Of a stretch of DNA of 64,000 nucleotides, positions 1 through 9,858 are shown one piece after another. Every line of letters starts with the position of its first letter. Position 1 is the stretch's first letter. Source of the DNA: a virus. Both the position numbers and the translations under genes were made by a program. The notes beneath the pieces were generated by a model that was not told the DNA's origin, did no database searches, and worked only from the letters and a program-made list of their open reading frames with translations. The stretch is from positions 4,814 to 68,813 of IMG/VR virus record IMGVR_UViG_3300022911_000003. One strand, written 5' to 3'.

Positions 1-2
1 GA

Positions 3-725
3 GAGGAATGTGTCGCCGCATTGTTGGCGCTGCGAGAATCCTATGAGCGGGATATCAAGGCTCTGAACAACCAACCCATGCCGTTTCAGATGCTGTGCTA
101 CCAGCCCGTGGGATACTCGATCAACGACGGCGACGGCACGGGCATTGTTGACCTCGCGATTCAGGACTGCATCAACCAGTCCCCGTATTTCCACTTCGCC
201 GGGCCAATCTATCACCTGAACTTTGGCCCCGACAATCTCCACCTGACAAACGTGGGCGAGGCGCGTTTTGCCTATACCGTGGGCCGGGCCTATCACCAAC
301 TTGTGGTCGAGGGCCGCGTCCCGGACTGCATCTGGCCCAAATCAGCAACGATGGTACGCGGATCGAACACCCTGACCATCAACTTCACCATTCCGAAGGC
401 GCTGGTCTTCGCCGCAGACTTTGTTCCACAGGCCACGGATCAAGGCTTCTGGGTTGGCGAGTCTGGATCTAAGATCACAGCATCCGGAATTGCTGTCGGG
501 GCGGATGGCGATACAGTGGCAATGGCGCTGGCCTCGCAGCCCACAGCAGGCGTGGTTCGGTACGGCCTGGATTATTTCGGCACAGGCATGACCATTCGCC
601 ACGGCGGTACGGGCAACCTTCGCGACACCACGACAGAACAGACTTTGGTCGATGGCGTCACCTATCCCACGTACCACATTTGCCCGCACTTCGAACTTCC
701 CATCATCATCGTGGAGCCGTCATAA
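3..725 (+). CDS. Tail-associated protein, C-terminal part (SGNH/acetylesterase-like domain), 5' truncated by the window
   Basis: Frame is open to the window edge. PDNLHL resembles the SGNH DxxH motif. Lies directly before the tail fibre gene. Confidence 0.5.
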   Translation, partial: EECVAALLALRESYERDIKALNNQPMPFQMLCYQPVGYSINDGDGTGIVDLAIQDCINQSPYFHFAGPIYHLNFGPDNLHLTNVGEARFAYTVGRAYHQLVVEGRVPDCIWPKSATMVRGSNTLTINFTIPKALVFAADFVPQATDQGFWVGESGSKITASGIAVGADGDTVAMALASQPTAGVVRYGLDYFGTGMTIRHGGTGNLRDTTTEQTLVDGVTYPTYHICPHFELPIIIVEPS

Positions 726-1705
726 TGACCGGAGTCCCCTACGTCGAAATCCAAGGCGCACCGTCTTTGCCAGGATCGCCCATCATCCAGCAACTCTATC
801 GCCGTCGTTCCATACCACTTCCGGACCTGCCTGGATCTGCGAAGACATGGCTGCTGGGCGACGACAATACCGCCATGATCGACGCGGCACAGACCAATGC
901 GCTTCAGAGGACGGTGTATATCAGCGTCACGGCCGGAGGTTCTGGCTATACCGGCGCACCAACAGTTGGACTTTCCGGTTATGGCGGCACCGGCATGGCC
1001 GCGACGGCTGTGGTGACGGCCGGCGTAGTCACTGGCGTTATTGTGACCAACCCCGGAGTTGATGCCACGTCTGCACCCACAGTCACCTTCACCCCGACGA
1101 ATGGCGGGACTGGCGCGACAGCCACGGCTCACATTGCTGATCTTCCCGCCTTCAGCGAGGGATACCTGACCTTTGACAGTGGCGCGACACTGGTAGGAAT
1201 CGACGGATATCAAACACCATACGCCGACATAGTCGAGCAGACCGTGGGCTGTATTTTCCAACCCTCATCGGCCAGCGGCGTCATGGTCATCATGGGAACG
1301 GCCAACGGCAATAACGGCCAGGGCGGTGATCTGCTCTACTCGACCAGCGGCGTCCTTACCGTCCGCACCGGCGCCGTCACAACCAACATCACGCCTCCTG
1401 CTGAAGTCGTGGCCGGGTCCTGGGCCTTTGTCGCCATGTCTCATTCCGCAGCAGGCGTTCGTCGCGTCATGTGGGTCGTCGATGGCGCCATAACGGCAAA
1501 CCAGAACACGGGCGTGACAAAGACAGCCGCCACGCCTTCCCGCAGGTTCGCTTTCGGCAATAGCTGCTTCAGCGTGTCGAACGCAACAGGGGCCAAAATG
1601 GCGGCCGGGTTCTATGCCGGATCGCTGCTCAACGACAGCCAAGTCATCGAAATCTACAACCGCTTAAAGGGTGATGTTGTAAGTCGTGGTCTATCAGTGC
1701 TTTAG
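725..1705 (+). CDS. Tail fibre / receptor-binding protein with Gly-Thr repeat and C-terminal LamG (ConA-like) domain
   Basis: ATG at 725 overlaps the upstream [14 protein letters not shown]...GGTGATATA repeats; C-terminal WAFVAMSH...FAFG beta-sandwich pattern. Confidence 0.65.
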   Translation: MTGVPYVEIQGAPSLPGSPIIQQLYRRRSIPLPDLPGSAKTWLLGDDNTAMIDAAQTNALQRTVYISVTAGGSGYTGAPTVGLSGYGGTGMAATAVVTAGVVTGVIVTNPGVDATSAPTVTFTPTNGGTGATATAHIADLPAFSEGYLTFDSGATLVGIDGYQTPYADIVEQTVGCIFQPSSASGVMVIMGTANGNNGQGGDLLYSTSGVLTVRTGAVTTNITPPAEVVAGSWAFVAMSHSAAGVRRVMWVVDGAITANQNTGVTKTAATPSRRFAFGNSCFSVSNATGAKMAAGFYAGSLLNDSQVIEIYNRLKGDVVSRGLSVL

Positions 1706-1735
1706 TACCCGTCCCATAACCAACAGGAGTCTATC

Positions 1736-2014
1736 ATGAACATCACTACCGCTGCCCTTCAAGACCTCATCAATGCCGTCGGCCACGTGTTCCAAAAGCG
1801 CGCCAAGGAACTCGACATTACGGCGCAGGAAGACTTCGCCGAGTCCGACCTGGTCAAGGCCCAAGAAGCCACGACCGCCGAAATCGACAAGCTCAAACGC
1901 CTTTTCGCACAAACTCTCGATCAGGCTAACGTCCAAATCATGCAAGAGGACGGTGCGTTGCGCGAGGAAGGCGAATATGTTGTGATGCCGAAGAGCATTG
2001 GCTGCACCTGCTGA
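1736..2014 (+). CDS. Hypothetical protein
   Basis: CAGGAG RBS; 92 aa ORF in the late operon. Confidence 0.65.
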   Translation: MNITTAALQDLINAVGHVFQKRAKELDITAQEDFAESDLVKAQEATTAEIDKLKRLFAQTLDQANVQIMQEDGALREEGEYVVMPKSIGCTC

Positions 2015-2037
2015 TCGCTGAAAAGGAGTTCGTCGAC

Positions 2038-2523
2038 ATGATAGGCACGATTTTTTTTCTTGTTCTCGGCGCTTTGATTGCGGCGAACTCCATCCTGTCC
2101 ATTTGGTCTCGGGATTCGGCACTTAAACTGACAGCTTTTTTGCTGGCCTTTGATCTCGGGGCCAGTATCGGCCTGCAGCTTTTCATTCAACCGCCTGACA
2201 GGCAGGTCTGGCTCTGCATCGTGGACAGCGCCATCATTTTTATATGGCTCTACAACCGCCACCTTTACGCTGGAAAACCAGTCCTGCGGGCAGGCGTACC
2301 GCTTGGTTATCTTCTGATGATGCTGCTCAGCATCACGTTTATTGTGACCCACGGTCAATCGGTAAGGTTGTCTGAAATCGTTTCGGATGCGATATACATC
2401 TTATTGCTGAGTGTGAATCTCTGGGGCGGAATTCGTAATGCCTTCGCTAAGTTGGGAACTGGCAGCGGGCATAGCGATTGGGCTGTACGCCCTGACCATA
2501 TTCGTGCTGGTGATCGTCGATGA
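2038..2523 (+). CDS. Multi-pass membrane protein
   Basis: AAGGAG RBS; about 5 hydrophobic segments. Confidence 0.65.
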   Translation: MIGTIFFLVLGALIAANSILSIWSRDSALKLTAFLLAFDLGASIGLQLFIQPPDRQVWLCIVDSAIIFIWLYNRHLYAGKPVLRAGVPLGYLLMMLLSITFIVTHGQSVRLSEIVSDAIYILLLSVNLWGGIRNAFAKLGTGSGHSDWAVRPDHIRAGDRR

Positions 2524-2789
2524 GCGAGGACAGCATAGAGACAAAACTGGCCAGACTAGAGGGTCGGTTCGAAGGAAGGATCAAACACCTGGAGACAGTG
2601 GCAAATGATCACCAGGAAACGCTGTATGGAACTGGCGATCACAAAGGTGGCTTGGTCAATGAAATGAAGGACGTGAAGACCGAGAATAAGTACCTTCGCC
2701 TAATTTATGTCCTCGTTACGGCTCTTGTGCTCCCATGGCTCAACGCCCTGCTCGGCAGGATGGGTCTCGGGCCTTTGAGGATTGGATAA
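2520..2789 (+). CDS. Holin/antiholin-like protein (coiled coil plus C-terminal TM helix)
   Basis: ATGA overlap; single C-terminal TM segment; upstream of the endolysin. Confidence 0.5.
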   Translation: MSEDSIETKLARLEGRFEGRIKHLETVANDHQETLYGTGDHKGGLVNEMKDVKTENKYLRLIYVLVTALVLPWLNALLGRMGLGPLRIG

Positions 2790-2799
2790 CCCACAGGTT

Positions 2800-2828
2800 T
2801 TGACAAACGCCGCGTTTCGTCGCACCCT
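2800..2828 (+). promoter_or_regulatory. Possible sigma70-type promoter for lysis genes
   Basis: TTGACA-17 nt-CACCCT in an intergenic gap; the -10 element is weak. Confidence 0.3.
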
Positions 2829-2853
2829 GTCGGCCTGATCAGGGAGTCCCATC

Positions 2854-3204
2854 GTGATTGAAACACCGCAGGACCGGGAAGACCGAATCGTTCAGCGCGT
2901 GCTGGCCTTTGCTACGGTCGCCATCGTTGCCTTCGTCGTGGTCATCCTTATGTTCAAGGAAATCCCGAACAAGAACGAGGTCATGATCGGCACCGTGATC
3001 GGATTTATCTTTGGGAACATGGCCGGGCCTATCTTCCGCAAGATATTCGGCGGCCCTGATTCGGGAACGCGCCAAGCTGTGGCTGCATCCAATGACGTGC
3101 TCAAGACGGCAGTCGCTGCTGCATCTGGCGTCCAAGGAAATCCTGTCGTTGTTCAGGCGCCGGCCGTCGTGACCGTAGAGCCAAATCCCAAGCCCGAGGA
3201 ATAA
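2854..3204 (+). CDS. Holin candidate (2 TM)
   Basis: GGGAG RBS; two TM helices with a hydrophilic C-terminus; precedes the endolysin. Confidence 0.55.
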   Translation: MIETPQDREDRIVQRVLAFATVAIVAFVVVILMFKEIPNKNEVMIGTVIGFIFGNMAGPIFRKIFGGPDSGTRQAVAASNDVLKTAVAAASGVQGNPVVVQAPAVVTVEPNPKPEE

Positions 3205-3206
3205 CC

Positions 3207-3425
3207 ATGACGCTCGCAGCGGCCTATACGGCGCAGTCCGGCACCTATCCCGAGTTCCTGCATGTCCATGACGCCGGCGACACGGTCCGCATCTCGGTTC
3301 GAGGCCCGGCCGTTCCGAACGATGATGGTGTTCTGACCGAAGGACCGACGGTTTCGATGACCATGCCGCGCGACAAGTACGTCAAACTTCTGAAACAAGC
3401 CCTGGAGCAAATGCCCGATGTTTGA
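3207..3425 (+). CDS. Hypothetical protein
   Basis: Tightly packed in the lysis operon. Confidence 0.6.
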   Translation: MTLAAAYTAQSGTYPEFLHVHDAGDTVRISVRGPAVPNDDGVLTEGPTVSMTMPRDKYVKLLKQALEQMPDV

Positions 3426-4026
3426 AACCCTGCAAAAGAACCTCGCGGCCAAGGGCCTGTACGGCGGCGCGATCGACGGCCTCACTGGTCCGAAAACTTA
3501 CTCAGGACTGATCCAGGCCATCGGGGCTCACATTGACCCAGTCAGACTGCCCGAACTGACTCAGGCCTTTTCTTTGAGGCTTGCACAGGGCCACATCGAC
3601 ACAGCGCTCAGGCTGTCGCACTTCATTGCTCAGTGCGCGCATGAGTCTGGCGGGTTCCATTACTGGTATGAGCTCGGCGGCCCGGACTATTTCAAGAAGT
3701 ACGACGGCCGGAAGGATCTCGGAAATACCTATCTCGGAGATGGATACCGATTCCGTGGTCGCGGCATCATTCAGCTTACCGGCCGAAGCAACTATTCCAA
3801 GTATGCCGCTGCTCTCGGCCTGGACCTGATAGGCAATCCCGAACTGGCTGCCACGACCGATGTCGCTGTCAGGATCGCTGTCCAGTTCTGGAACGACCAT
3901 GGTCTGTCAGCGCTTGCCGACAAGGATGACGTTCTGACGATCACGAAGCGAATCAATGGCGGAACCCGCGGACTTGCAGAGCGCAAAGCCTACTTGGTAA
4001 AAATGAAATCACTGTTCGGCATCTGA
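3418..4026 (+). CDS. Endolysin, glycoside hydrolase family 19
   Basis: HFIAQCAHESGGF, FRGRGIIQLTGRSNY and ITKRINGGTRGLAER are GH19 motifs. Confidence 0.92.
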   Translation: MFETLQKNLAAKGLYGGAIDGLTGPKTYSGLIQAIGAHIDPVRLPELTQAFSLRLAQGHIDTALRLSHFIAQCAHESGGFHYWYELGGPDYFKKYDGRKDLGNTYLGDGYRFRGRGIIQLTGRSNYSKYAAALGLDLIGNPELAATTDVAVRIAVQFWNDHGLSALADKDDVLTITKRINGGTRGLAERKAYLVKMKSLFGI

Positions 4027-4028
4027 CC

Positions 4029-4391
4029 ATGTTCAGCGGCATCAAGACCTACCTCCTGATCGGCGCGGCAGTCCTGATCCTCGGAACAGTCGGCGGCCTA
4101 TGGTTCGAGTTCGAACACCGTGGCGCCGAACTGAAAGTGATGAAGGCCGATCTCGCTGCAGCTCAGGCCCGGGCACTGGCTGCGGAGCGCAACATCAAGA
4201 TCGAGACGCAGATCCAGACCGTGACGCGGAAGGTCTATGTCAAAGCCAAGGAGGCTCAAATTGCCGTACAAGCCCAAGACCCGAAATGTGCTGATGCTGG
4301 TCCTTTTATCGACAGTTGGCGTTCTGGGGTTATTCTCGTGCGCAACTCGGCCGGTTCCAGTACCAGTTCCGCTTCCCCCGTCGGTCCTTGA
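4029..4391 (+). CDS. Inner-membrane spanin (Rz-like)
   Basis: N-terminal TM helix then coiled coil; directly after the endolysin. Confidence 0.75.
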   Translation: MFSGIKTYLLIGAAVLILGTVGGLWFEFEHRGAELKVMKADLAAAQARALAAERNIKIETQIQTVTRKVYVKAKEAQIAVQAQDPKCADAGPFIDSWRSGVILVRNSAGSSTSSASPVGP

Positions 4392-4530
4392 ATCGTGCCT
4401 GTCCGGAGATCCCGCTCTGGTAAAGACGGTTCAGGACCTGGCCGTGTTCTCGATCGACCAAGAAGCAGCGCTACAAGCCTGCGAGGCAAAGCGTAAAGCG
4501 CTGGTTGATATCGCCCAGGGCAAGCCTTAG
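4294..4530 (+). CDS. Outer-membrane lipoprotein spanin (Rz1-like), overlapping the i-spanin
   Basis: Signal peptide with lipobox LFSC followed by a Pro-rich segment; overlaps Rz in another frame. Confidence 0.8.
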   Translation: MLVLLSTVGVLGLFSCATRPVPVPVPLPPSVLESCLSGDPALVKTVQDLAVFSIDQEAALQACEAKRKALVDIAQGKP

Positions 4531-4853
4531 CGGACCATTACTGGCGGGAATGATGAGGTGCCTTCCATAAGGCTTGCGCCGGCATTCGCACCATCGTACT
4601 TTTCCTTGAGGCTCAGATACAACGCCACCTCATCAGTGTCAGGCTCGCCATCCCTTAGCTTTCGGTAGAAGACGACACGGACCCGTTTGGGATCTATACC
4701 GTTCTGGTTCTCTGTAATGCAGATGGTCAGGTCTTCGACGGCGCACCCGGCACGACCTGCCACGTCCTGAAAGTCCTTGGTGATCTGGTCCAGGGTCAGT
4801 TTTATGCTATCCCAATTGACTTGATTGAACTCGACGAGTTTCTTGCCGATCAT
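4527..4853 (-). CDS. Hypothetical protein
   Basis: AAGGAG RBS; last gene of the leftward operon. Confidence 0.65.
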   Translation of the reverse strand: MIGKKLVEFNQVNWDSIKLTLDQITKDFQDVAGRAGCAVEDLTICITENQNGIDPKRVRVVFYRKLRDGEPDTDEVALYLSLKEKYDGANAGASLMEGTSSFPPVMVR

Positions 4854-4856
4854 GTT

Positions 4857-5093
4857 CTATCTCCTTGTGGGTGGAATTGACGGTACGCCTTCAGACTGAC
4901 TGGAGCCGCACATCGGAATAGTTACCCAACCATCAGGCGGCGGTTTCAGCTTCATCGACATGAACGGTGGCTCAAGGTCAAACGACTTGGCTGCGACAAC
5001 CTGACCACCCGGGCCGACATAAACAGCCGGCGTTTCAGGCGGGATGTGCCAAGATATCTTGTATCCGTCGCGGAAGGTGTAGAGGGGCTTCAT
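4857..5093 (-). CDS. Hypothetical protein
   Basis: ATGA overlap with the upstream gene (start MKPLYTF). Confidence 0.55.
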   Translation of the reverse strand: MKPLYTFRDGYKISWHIPPETPAVYVGPGGQVVAAKSFDLEPPFMSMKLKPPPDGWVTIPMCGSSQSEGVPSIPPTRR

Positions 5094-5332
5094 CCTTCCC
5101 TCCGGGGAGAATGCTCTCCGACAAGCCAAGCGCAGGCTGCAATTTCCAAGGCGCGCTTGGCCTCAGCTTTTGTAAGTGGCGCGCTTACATCATCTTCGCA
5201 AAGGCTCGCCACCCACCAGTCAGTTTTCGGCGGATGCTTCAGCCAAACGTAGCCAATCATTCGACCATTCCAATACAGCGACCTATCCAGGCGCCATTCA
5301 AAATCAAGTCGCGTCTCGCATGTGTTAGTCAT
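5090..5332 (-). CDS. Hypothetical protein
   Basis: Packed with 4-nt overlaps. Confidence 0.55.
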   Translation of the reverse strand: MTNTCETRLDFEWRLDRSLYWNGRMIGYVWLKHPPKTDWWVASLCEDDVSAPLTKAEAKRALEIAACAWLVGEHSPRREG

Positions 5333-5781
5333 GACCGTCCCCTTCTTTGGCGCTCAATCTCTGCGCTGACCTTTGTCAAGCCTTTTGCTGCATCTTCGGG
5401 AAGGATGCCGCGCTTGCAATGCGGGCAGGCTGGGGCTACCTTTTGTCGGCGCCATATGTCGTCAAAGGCTTTTGCTGCGCGCGAAATCAACGATGCCTGC
5501 TCAGCCTTTTCGACGTTCTCAAGACGCCGTTCAGCTTGGGTCGCGGCGCGATGAAACTGACCCACCACGCCCTCGAAGGCGTCAAACGCTTCCACGTCAT
5601 TTTCGCAATCAGAGCACCATATGCGGCGCTCTCGGCTATCGTACATCAGCTTTCGATGGGCGCATACTGAGGTTGGCCTGCGCGACATGCCGCGAGAAAC
5701 CCTGATATCACCTATATCGACAACCTTGACGCCCGCAAGATACTCTTGAGGAACTATCGGCGGCGTTTTCTGATCGGCCAC
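5329..5781 (-). CDS. Hypothetical zinc-binding phage protein
   Basis: CAH, CSDC and CPHC motifs; GGGAA RBS. Confidence 0.65.
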   Translation of the reverse strand: MADQKTPPIVPQEYLAGVKVVDIGDIRVSRGMSRRPTSVCAHRKLMYDSRERRIWCSDCENDVEAFDAFEGVVGQFHRAATQAERRLENVEKAEQASLISRAAKAFDDIWRRQKVAPACPHCKRGILPEDAAKGLTKVSAEIERQRRGRS

Positions 5782-5784
5782 GGC

Positions 5785-6186
5785 TCATTCCCCTTTGGTA
5801 GTGGGAGAGGCGGGGAGAGGCATCCAGCGACAAAGCCAGTCATCGCCCACGCCCATGCCGGGATACAGCGCCCAGCCCATGTCAAGCCGTCCACTGACGC
5901 CCATATGCTTGATGACAAAGCAGCGGCCTGCCATATGGCTCCAGCGCTCATCAGGAATGTCACCACATTGCGCGATGATCCATGTCCCGTCCTTCGGCGC
6001 GCTTTCCATCGTTCGCCACCCCACCTGTACGGGGGACAACCATTCACGGGCTGCGGTTTCGACAGACCCAATCGCAACCTTTGCCAGAAGATCGCTATCA
6101 TACGGCCACGAAAACTCCTTCGCATCCCGCTGGCGTTCCAGTTCTTGGTCAATCGCCTCGGCTACACAGGCTCGTAACTTATCCAT
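5785..6186 (-). CDS. Phage protein with DUF551-like domain
   Basis: WRTMESAPKDGTWI...WMPLPASP pattern. Confidence 0.7.
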   Translation of the reverse strand: MDKLRACVAEAIDQELERQRDAKEFSWPYDSDLLAKVAIGSVETAAREWLSPVQVGWRTMESAPKDGTWIIAQCGDIPDERWSHMAGRCFVIKHMGVSGRLDMGWALYPGMGVGDDWLCRWMPLPASPTTKGE

Positions 6187-6463
6187 TTTCGCTCTCCCAC
6201 GGAACACGTGACGCAAAAGCTTCGGAAGCATTATCGAGCCGCTTAATTGCCTCTGGGGATTTGTCTTCAAATGCCACTATGCGAGCAGCTATGACCAGTT
6301 CAACAACGTCTGCTTGCAGCTTCACCCCCTCGGAAAGGGCTTCTGATATGGCTGCGAGGGCGTCTGCCTCGGTTATGAAGCGTTTGCCAAGCATTTCGGC
6401 CCCGCTGGTACGGTGCTTCTCCAGCAGTGCTTTGGCCCTAGCCCGTTGTTCTGTGGTGGTCAT
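6179..6463 (-). CDS. Hypothetical protein
   Basis: Overlap-coupled in the operon. Confidence 0.6.
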   Translation of the reverse strand: MTTTEQRARAKALLEKHRTSGAEMLGKRFITEADALAAISEALSEGVKLQADVVELVIAARIVAFEDKSPEAIKRLDNASEAFASRVPWESENG

Positions 6464-7320
6464 GAGGTCGGGTCCTTAATGGCTGAAAGGATAGCGCGGA
6501 GTTCGCAGATAACTGCCATCCGCCAGTTGAAACTTGAGCACCCAAGGGCTGGCTGTTCATGCCCCAAAGGCAATTTCTTGGTACTGGCTTCGTAAGCGTC
6601 GAGAAGTTCCATCGCTACCTTCAGCCTTTCGTCTGGCTGGGGGCGGGTGTAGAGGGGTTGCTCTTCGAAGTCGCGATGGGACCTGTATTTCGAGCCCTCC
6701 GGTAGCGGCTTGTCAGTCAGCGCCCATTGGGTGACACAGATATCCCATCCTAGTTCGTCAGGTATGTTTTTGTACCTATACCTATGACGCCACGCTACCG
6801 ACTCTCCCTCTGTACTGGCCGGCGCAGGGGTGGGCGGATAGACGAAGCCTGCGGGTGCGCGGTCAAGGCGGTAGCGGAAGGTGGTGATCTGCGCAGCAAC
6901 TACGGGTGCGCTCCAGTCCAGGCTGGTGGCCCAGCAATTGGCCTCGCGTCCGTCTGTTTGCCACGCAGCCTTGAATGACCATTCAAATTCCTTTGCCCAC
7001 GGTATCGGGCACTCCCCGCCTGTCCAGTCGAACCATTCAGACCATTGCGGTTCAGGCACAGACTGCATGTAGCCTGACGTGGCTACGGGCTTGGCGAGGG
7101 AGTCGAGTTCATCCTTTGACCACGTTTGGCCTATGTCTCTGCGGCCAAAAACCTCTATGACCTGCTTCATCATCCACAGGATATAGAAAGGCCTATTGCC
7201 ACCGGAAAAGCCGCCGAGGTCATTTTTCTGAAGGTCGGACCAGAGTTGTTCGGCCCGCTTCAAAAGCGCTTTAGCTTCGTCGGTCGTCAAAAGTTCAGGC
7301 GGCTGTCTGGACTCACCCAT
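6460..7320 (-). CDS. Mosaic hypothetical phage protein
   Basis: Contains the WTGGECPIP motif typical of small phage domains; overlap-coupled start. Confidence 0.6.
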   Translation of the reverse strand: MGESRQPPELLTTDEAKALLKRAEQLWSDLQKNDLGGFSGGNRPFYILWMMKQVIEVFGRRDIGQTWSKDELDSLAKPVATSGYMQSVPEPQWSEWFDWTGGECPIPWAKEFEWSFKAAWQTDGREANCWATSLDWSAPVVAAQITTFRYRLDRAPAGFVYPPTPAPASTEGESVAWRHRYRYKNIPDELGWDICVTQWALTDKPLPEGSKYRSHRDFEEQPLYTRPQPDERLKVAMELLDAYEASTKKLPLGHEQPALGCSSFNWRMAVICELRAILSAIKDPTS

Positions 7321-7774
7321 GATCTTCGCTCCGTAGCTTTTCGTGGAGGGAGGCGGCGGCAACGAAGTCGGCAGACCACATTTCAAGCTCGCTGCGACTG
7401 TCGGAAAATGGCGAATACAGACGAAGTTCGCCAGTGCCCGTCTGCCTCTCTAGGCCGTAAAGGGGCGAGGTGTGCTTTTTGCCTGGGTATCTTTCCGTGG
7501 CGACCTTAGCAAACGGCTCCGTCACCTCTGCCGCTTCTTTAACAAGGAAGCGGAGGCGGGAGATGGTGGCGGCGGACTGGTTAGCTTCGCGGACAAGATC
7601 GGTTATGATCTCGTGCGCCTCAGATGCCTTGATAGCCACGCCATCCATAGATGAGCCATACTCCATGGCTTCTTCCACCGCTTCAGATACACTTCCCAGG
7701 AGTTGCCAAGCCTCGTTTTCTGGTGATGCATTCTCCCTTGCCGTTTCAGCCGTCACGTCTTGGATTGGGGTCAT
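7313..7774 (-). CDS. Hypothetical protein
   Basis: ATGA overlaps. Confidence 0.6.
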   Translation of the reverse strand: MTPIQDVTAETARENASPENEAWQLLGSVSEAVEEAMEYGSSMDGVAIKASEAHEIITDLVREANQSAATISRLRFLVKEAAEVTEPFAKVATERYPGKKHTSPLYGLERQTGTGELRLYSPFSDSRSELEMWSADFVAAASLHEKLRSEDHG

Positions 7775-8079
7775 GGTTGATTGTCCTGTAGGGCGGCATC
7801 AAGTTTGGAGGCCATGTCGGGATGCCACGACATGATATTGCGGACCTCAGTCAGGCCGGTCAGCCATGCCAGCGCCTCCCGATCCACCACCACTGCGTTA
7901 GACTTTGGACGGGCGGCGATCATGGCGGTGTAGGACCGCTTCACGCTGTTTGGCGTTGCGTGTCCTATGTGACCTTGATAGGTGCTGGCGCTACTGCCCT
8001 CCGTTGCCATCTCTTCCGTCGCCTTATCAGGCACGATAACGTAGCGCGCCCCGTCCGATGTTTTGCCTTGTGTGGTCAT
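7771..8079 (-). CDS. Hypothetical protein
   Basis: ATGA overlaps. Confidence 0.6.
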   Translation of the reverse strand: MTTQGKTSDGARYVIVPDKATEEMATEGSSASTYQGHIGHATPNSVKRSYTAMIAARPKSNAVVVDREALAWLTGLTEVRNIMSWHPDMASKLDAALQDNQP

Positions 8080-8309
8080 GGGTTTTTGCCTTCAAACGCT
8101 TTCATGTAGTCGGCCTTGGACCACGCCTTGAAGCGGTCAATCCAAGCGCCCAGGCCGTCAGGATCGGTCAATGGGGGCGGCATAGGATCGCCAGTTTCGT
8201 CAATGTAAATTTGACGGCAGCCTTCATGCTGGATGGCAAAGGCGAAGTAACCATCAAAGGTCATTTCGCCGAATGCGATCCGGGCCTCGTCGCGCTGTTC
8301 GTCAGTCAT
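8076..8309 (-). CDS. Hypothetical protein
   Basis: ATGA overlaps. Confidence 0.55.
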   Translation of the reverse strand: MTDEQRDEARIAFGEMTFDGYFAFAIQHEGCRQIYIDETGDPMPPPLTDPDGLGAWIDRFKAWSKADYMKAFEGKNP

Positions 8310-8584
8310 GGCGTTACCGTTGCTTTCAGGATGGCGGCGTCGGAAATGGCAAACGCGGCATTTGCCATGGCGTCGTCAGGGCCGGTAAAGGCTCGCAAGA
8401 GTTCTGACAGAACGATGGTAGCTTTCAGCAGTTCAGGAGCTGCCGCTATCAGGCGGGCCTCGTCCTCTTTGAGGGCGTATGCGACGGGGCCGCCACCATC
8501 GCGTCGAATGGTGAACTGAGATTCGCTGCCATCAAGGTATTCAGGCTGGCCTTCGTCCTCGAAAATCCATTTGTCATTCTGCAT
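8306..8584 (-). CDS. Hypothetical protein
   Basis: ARLIAAAPELL motif common in small phage proteins; start MQNDKW. Confidence 0.65.
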   Translation of the reverse strand: MQNDKWIFEDEGQPEYLDGSESQFTIRRDGGGPVAYALKEDEARLIAAAPELLKATIVLSELLRAFTGPDDAMANAAFAISDAAILKATVTP

Positions 8585-9722
8585 TGGTGGGGGATCCTTC
8601 TTCGTCATCGTCCCAGTCTTGATCGTCATCTGCGCTTTCAGCCGGCGCATTGTCGTCTCGGCCGAACATTTCTTCGAACAGAACATCATCAGGTTCGACG
8701 GCCATATTTACCCTGGCCCATGGCACCGTGCCCCACTGCTCCCGCAGGCGGTGATAGTTGTCACATGCCTTGTTCAGCATCTTCTCGCCCCGCAAGTCGG
8801 TGAAGTCGCCCATCTTCCTGATGATTGGTGTCAGGACCGGTGCCGACGGACTCTTGGCGTTGTTGCTGGTCTTTTTGAAAAACAGGAACGTGAAGCCCCA
8901 TGTCTCGACATCGACCAGGCCCTTGAGCCAGTCCAGTTGCCGCGGGTTGGCGCCGAAGACCAAACCGTTGCGAATCTGGTCTCGCATAAAGACACGAGCG
9001 CGGCTGTAAATGTGCCTTTGCCCGGAGTAGCCCAGATCACGGATTATGCGGATGCAGGTGTAGACGTCTGGGCTTATTCCAAGCGGAACACGCTTTGCCA
9101 TGACGTGTTTGCCCATGCTCTTCAAGTCTATGATCTGGTCCGTCAGAAGCCTATCAAGCCTGGCCCGCATCCTGATTCCATCGAAGGTAAACAGGACTGT
9201 GACCTCGGCGAGACCTCCCTTGATCCACTTCCCGATTTCAGGGTGTGTGTGAACAAGCGCTCCCATAGAGTGGACGTTTTTGTAGGTCTTCGGCTTCAAC
9301 GGAGTTAATCCAAGACGCGCCTGTTCGGCTTTCCAATCTCTGGCGGCCTTTGGAACGTATGAGTCGAACGGTGACTCGACGTAGCGTTCATAAAATGTGT
9401 CGAACCCCTCAAGGACTATAGTATGAAGCGCCCTGCCGAATAGATACTCGTCGTCTCGCTCGCTTTCTTCCCGGTCAGGATTGTCCTTCGACGAATAAAA
9501 CCAATCCTCAGCCGTGTCGCTGGCCAGTATCTTGATGTCGGTCGAGCCGATTCTGTTCTGCACGAAATACAGATAATCGGGCATTCCTATGAAGGTGCCA
9601 TCCGGCAAATTGAAATATAGGTCAATCGCCTCGGCCAGGGTCAGCACGAGGTTGTCAACGTCGCCGTGGTCCTGCGCGACGGACTGGGTTTCTATGAGAG
9701 CGGGGAGCGTTTCTTGTGTCAC
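8574..9722 (-). CDS. PD-(D/E)xK exonuclease VIII (RecE/DUF3799-like)
   Basis: FGRALHTIVLE, RARLDRL and IIDLKS motifs; GGAGG RBS; same operon as RecT. Confidence 0.8.
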   Translation of the reverse strand: MTQETLPALIETQSVAQDHGDVDNLVLTLAEAIDLYFNLPDGTFIGMPDYLYFVQNRIGSTDIKILASDTAEDWFYSSKDNPDREESERDDEYLFGRALHTIVLEGFDTFYERYVESPFDSYVPKAARDWKAEQARLGLTPLKPKTYKNVHSMGALVHTHPEIGKWIKGGLAEVTVLFTFDGIRMRARLDRLLTDQIIDLKSMGKHVMAKRVPLGISPDVYTCIRIIRDLGYSGQRHIYSRARVFMRDQIRNGLVFGANPRQLDWLKGLVDVETWGFTFLFFKKTSNNAKSPSAPVLTPIIRKMGDFTDLRGEKMLNKACDNYHRLREQWGTVPWARVNMAVEPDDVLFEEMFGRDDNAPAESADDDQDWDDDEEGSPTNAE

Positions 9723-9723
9723 A

Positions 9724-9858
9724 TTACCTCCAGAAGCAGTATGTTTTGCTCAGTCCCTCGGCACGACATAGGTTGTATCGCCAGACCTTCAGGCCCACGC
9801 CAAGACTGAGTGCTATAATCGCTATCAGGATTGAAGCCGCTAATTGGAAGCGCTTCAT
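9724..9858 (-). CDS. Small membrane protein (44 aa, not in the ORF track)
   Basis: MKRFQLAASILIAIIALSLGVGLKVWRYNLCRAEGLSKTYCFWR; ATGA overlap fills the gap exactly. Confidence 0.6.
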   Translation of the reverse strand: MKRFQLAASILIAIIALSLGVGLKVWRYNLCRAEGLSKTYCFWR

